DNA of 63,524 nucleotides, the filler included, from Bigelowiella natans CCMP2755 (taxonomy: Eukaryota; Protista; Cercozoa): assembly GCA_000320545.1 (NCBI GenBank). It is 6 parts of 6 records of this genome, joined end to end, with 100 filler letters (N's around TTAATTAATTAA, not from the genome) between each part and the next. Parts side by side here need not be neighbours in the genome. Positions count along the whole stretch, not along the records: positions 61,853 to 63,524 come from ADNK01003257.1; 5 more parts are not named here. One strand, 5' to 3'. A program made the position numbers and the translations under genes. Position 1 is the first letter of the stretch. Every line of letters starts with the position of its first letter. The notes below the pieces were generated by a model. It saw only the letters and a program-made list of their open reading frames with translations, ran no database searches and was not told where the DNA came from. Of the stretch, positions 63,390 to 63,524 are shown in pieces.

Positions 63390-63515
63390 TATATTAATGC
63401 AACATACTTCTATGTACATAAAATAAGTACATGCACAAAGAAAGCATTCATGGACGAAAAGCGAGGTGTTCTACATTTGAAGGCTGTGCGAACATCTATT
63501 GGTGATTTGGTACAC
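62366..63515 (-). CDS. Ser/Thr kinase, STE20-like, partial
   Basis: Exons GLAYLHDRSILHRDIK / AMNILLTNMNHAKIADLG / GTPLFLAPEVI...HDSKSD.W. Confidence 0.85.
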
Positions 63516-63524
63516 AAACCAACC

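Overview
Eukaryotic, intron-rich nuclear scaffold with five 100-nt gap linkers (N-TTAATTAATTAA-N). It probably comes from a flagellate alga with a secondary plastid; chlorarachniophyte-like is my inference from a signal+transit+Tat presequence together with cytoplasmic dynein-1. Genes alternate strand almost strictly: ankyrin-repeat protein (+), lumenal FKBP (-), TVP15/COPI-associated protein (+), unknown (-), METTL2/6-type tRNA m3C methyltransferase (+), Ser/Thr kinase (-), HCCS (-), importin-7/8 (+), an NBR1-FW/ZZ-like/UFSP1-like protease fusion (-), cytoplasmic dynein-1 heavy chain (+), an ATP synthase subunit f-like small ORF (-) and a 2xCSD-RRM protein (+). These are followed by a gap-bounded, partly misassembled Ty3/gypsy LTR retrotransposon, an unknown gene and a partial STE20-like kinase. 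Three observations stand out. (1) A candidate RIP-like process converts TpA to TpG/CpA in repeated or silent DNA while sparing CTA/TAG; it is directly visible among ankyrin repeat copies and as almost TpA-free patches. (2) The gypsy integrase carries a C-terminal, degenerate DIRS-type Dam-like adenine-methyltransferase fold where chromoviruses carry a chromodomain. (3) An NBR1-type FW + ZZ-like + C78 de-UFMylase protein ends in a LIR-like tail. All family calls are by eye from motifs, no searches were run, and exon boundaries are approximate.
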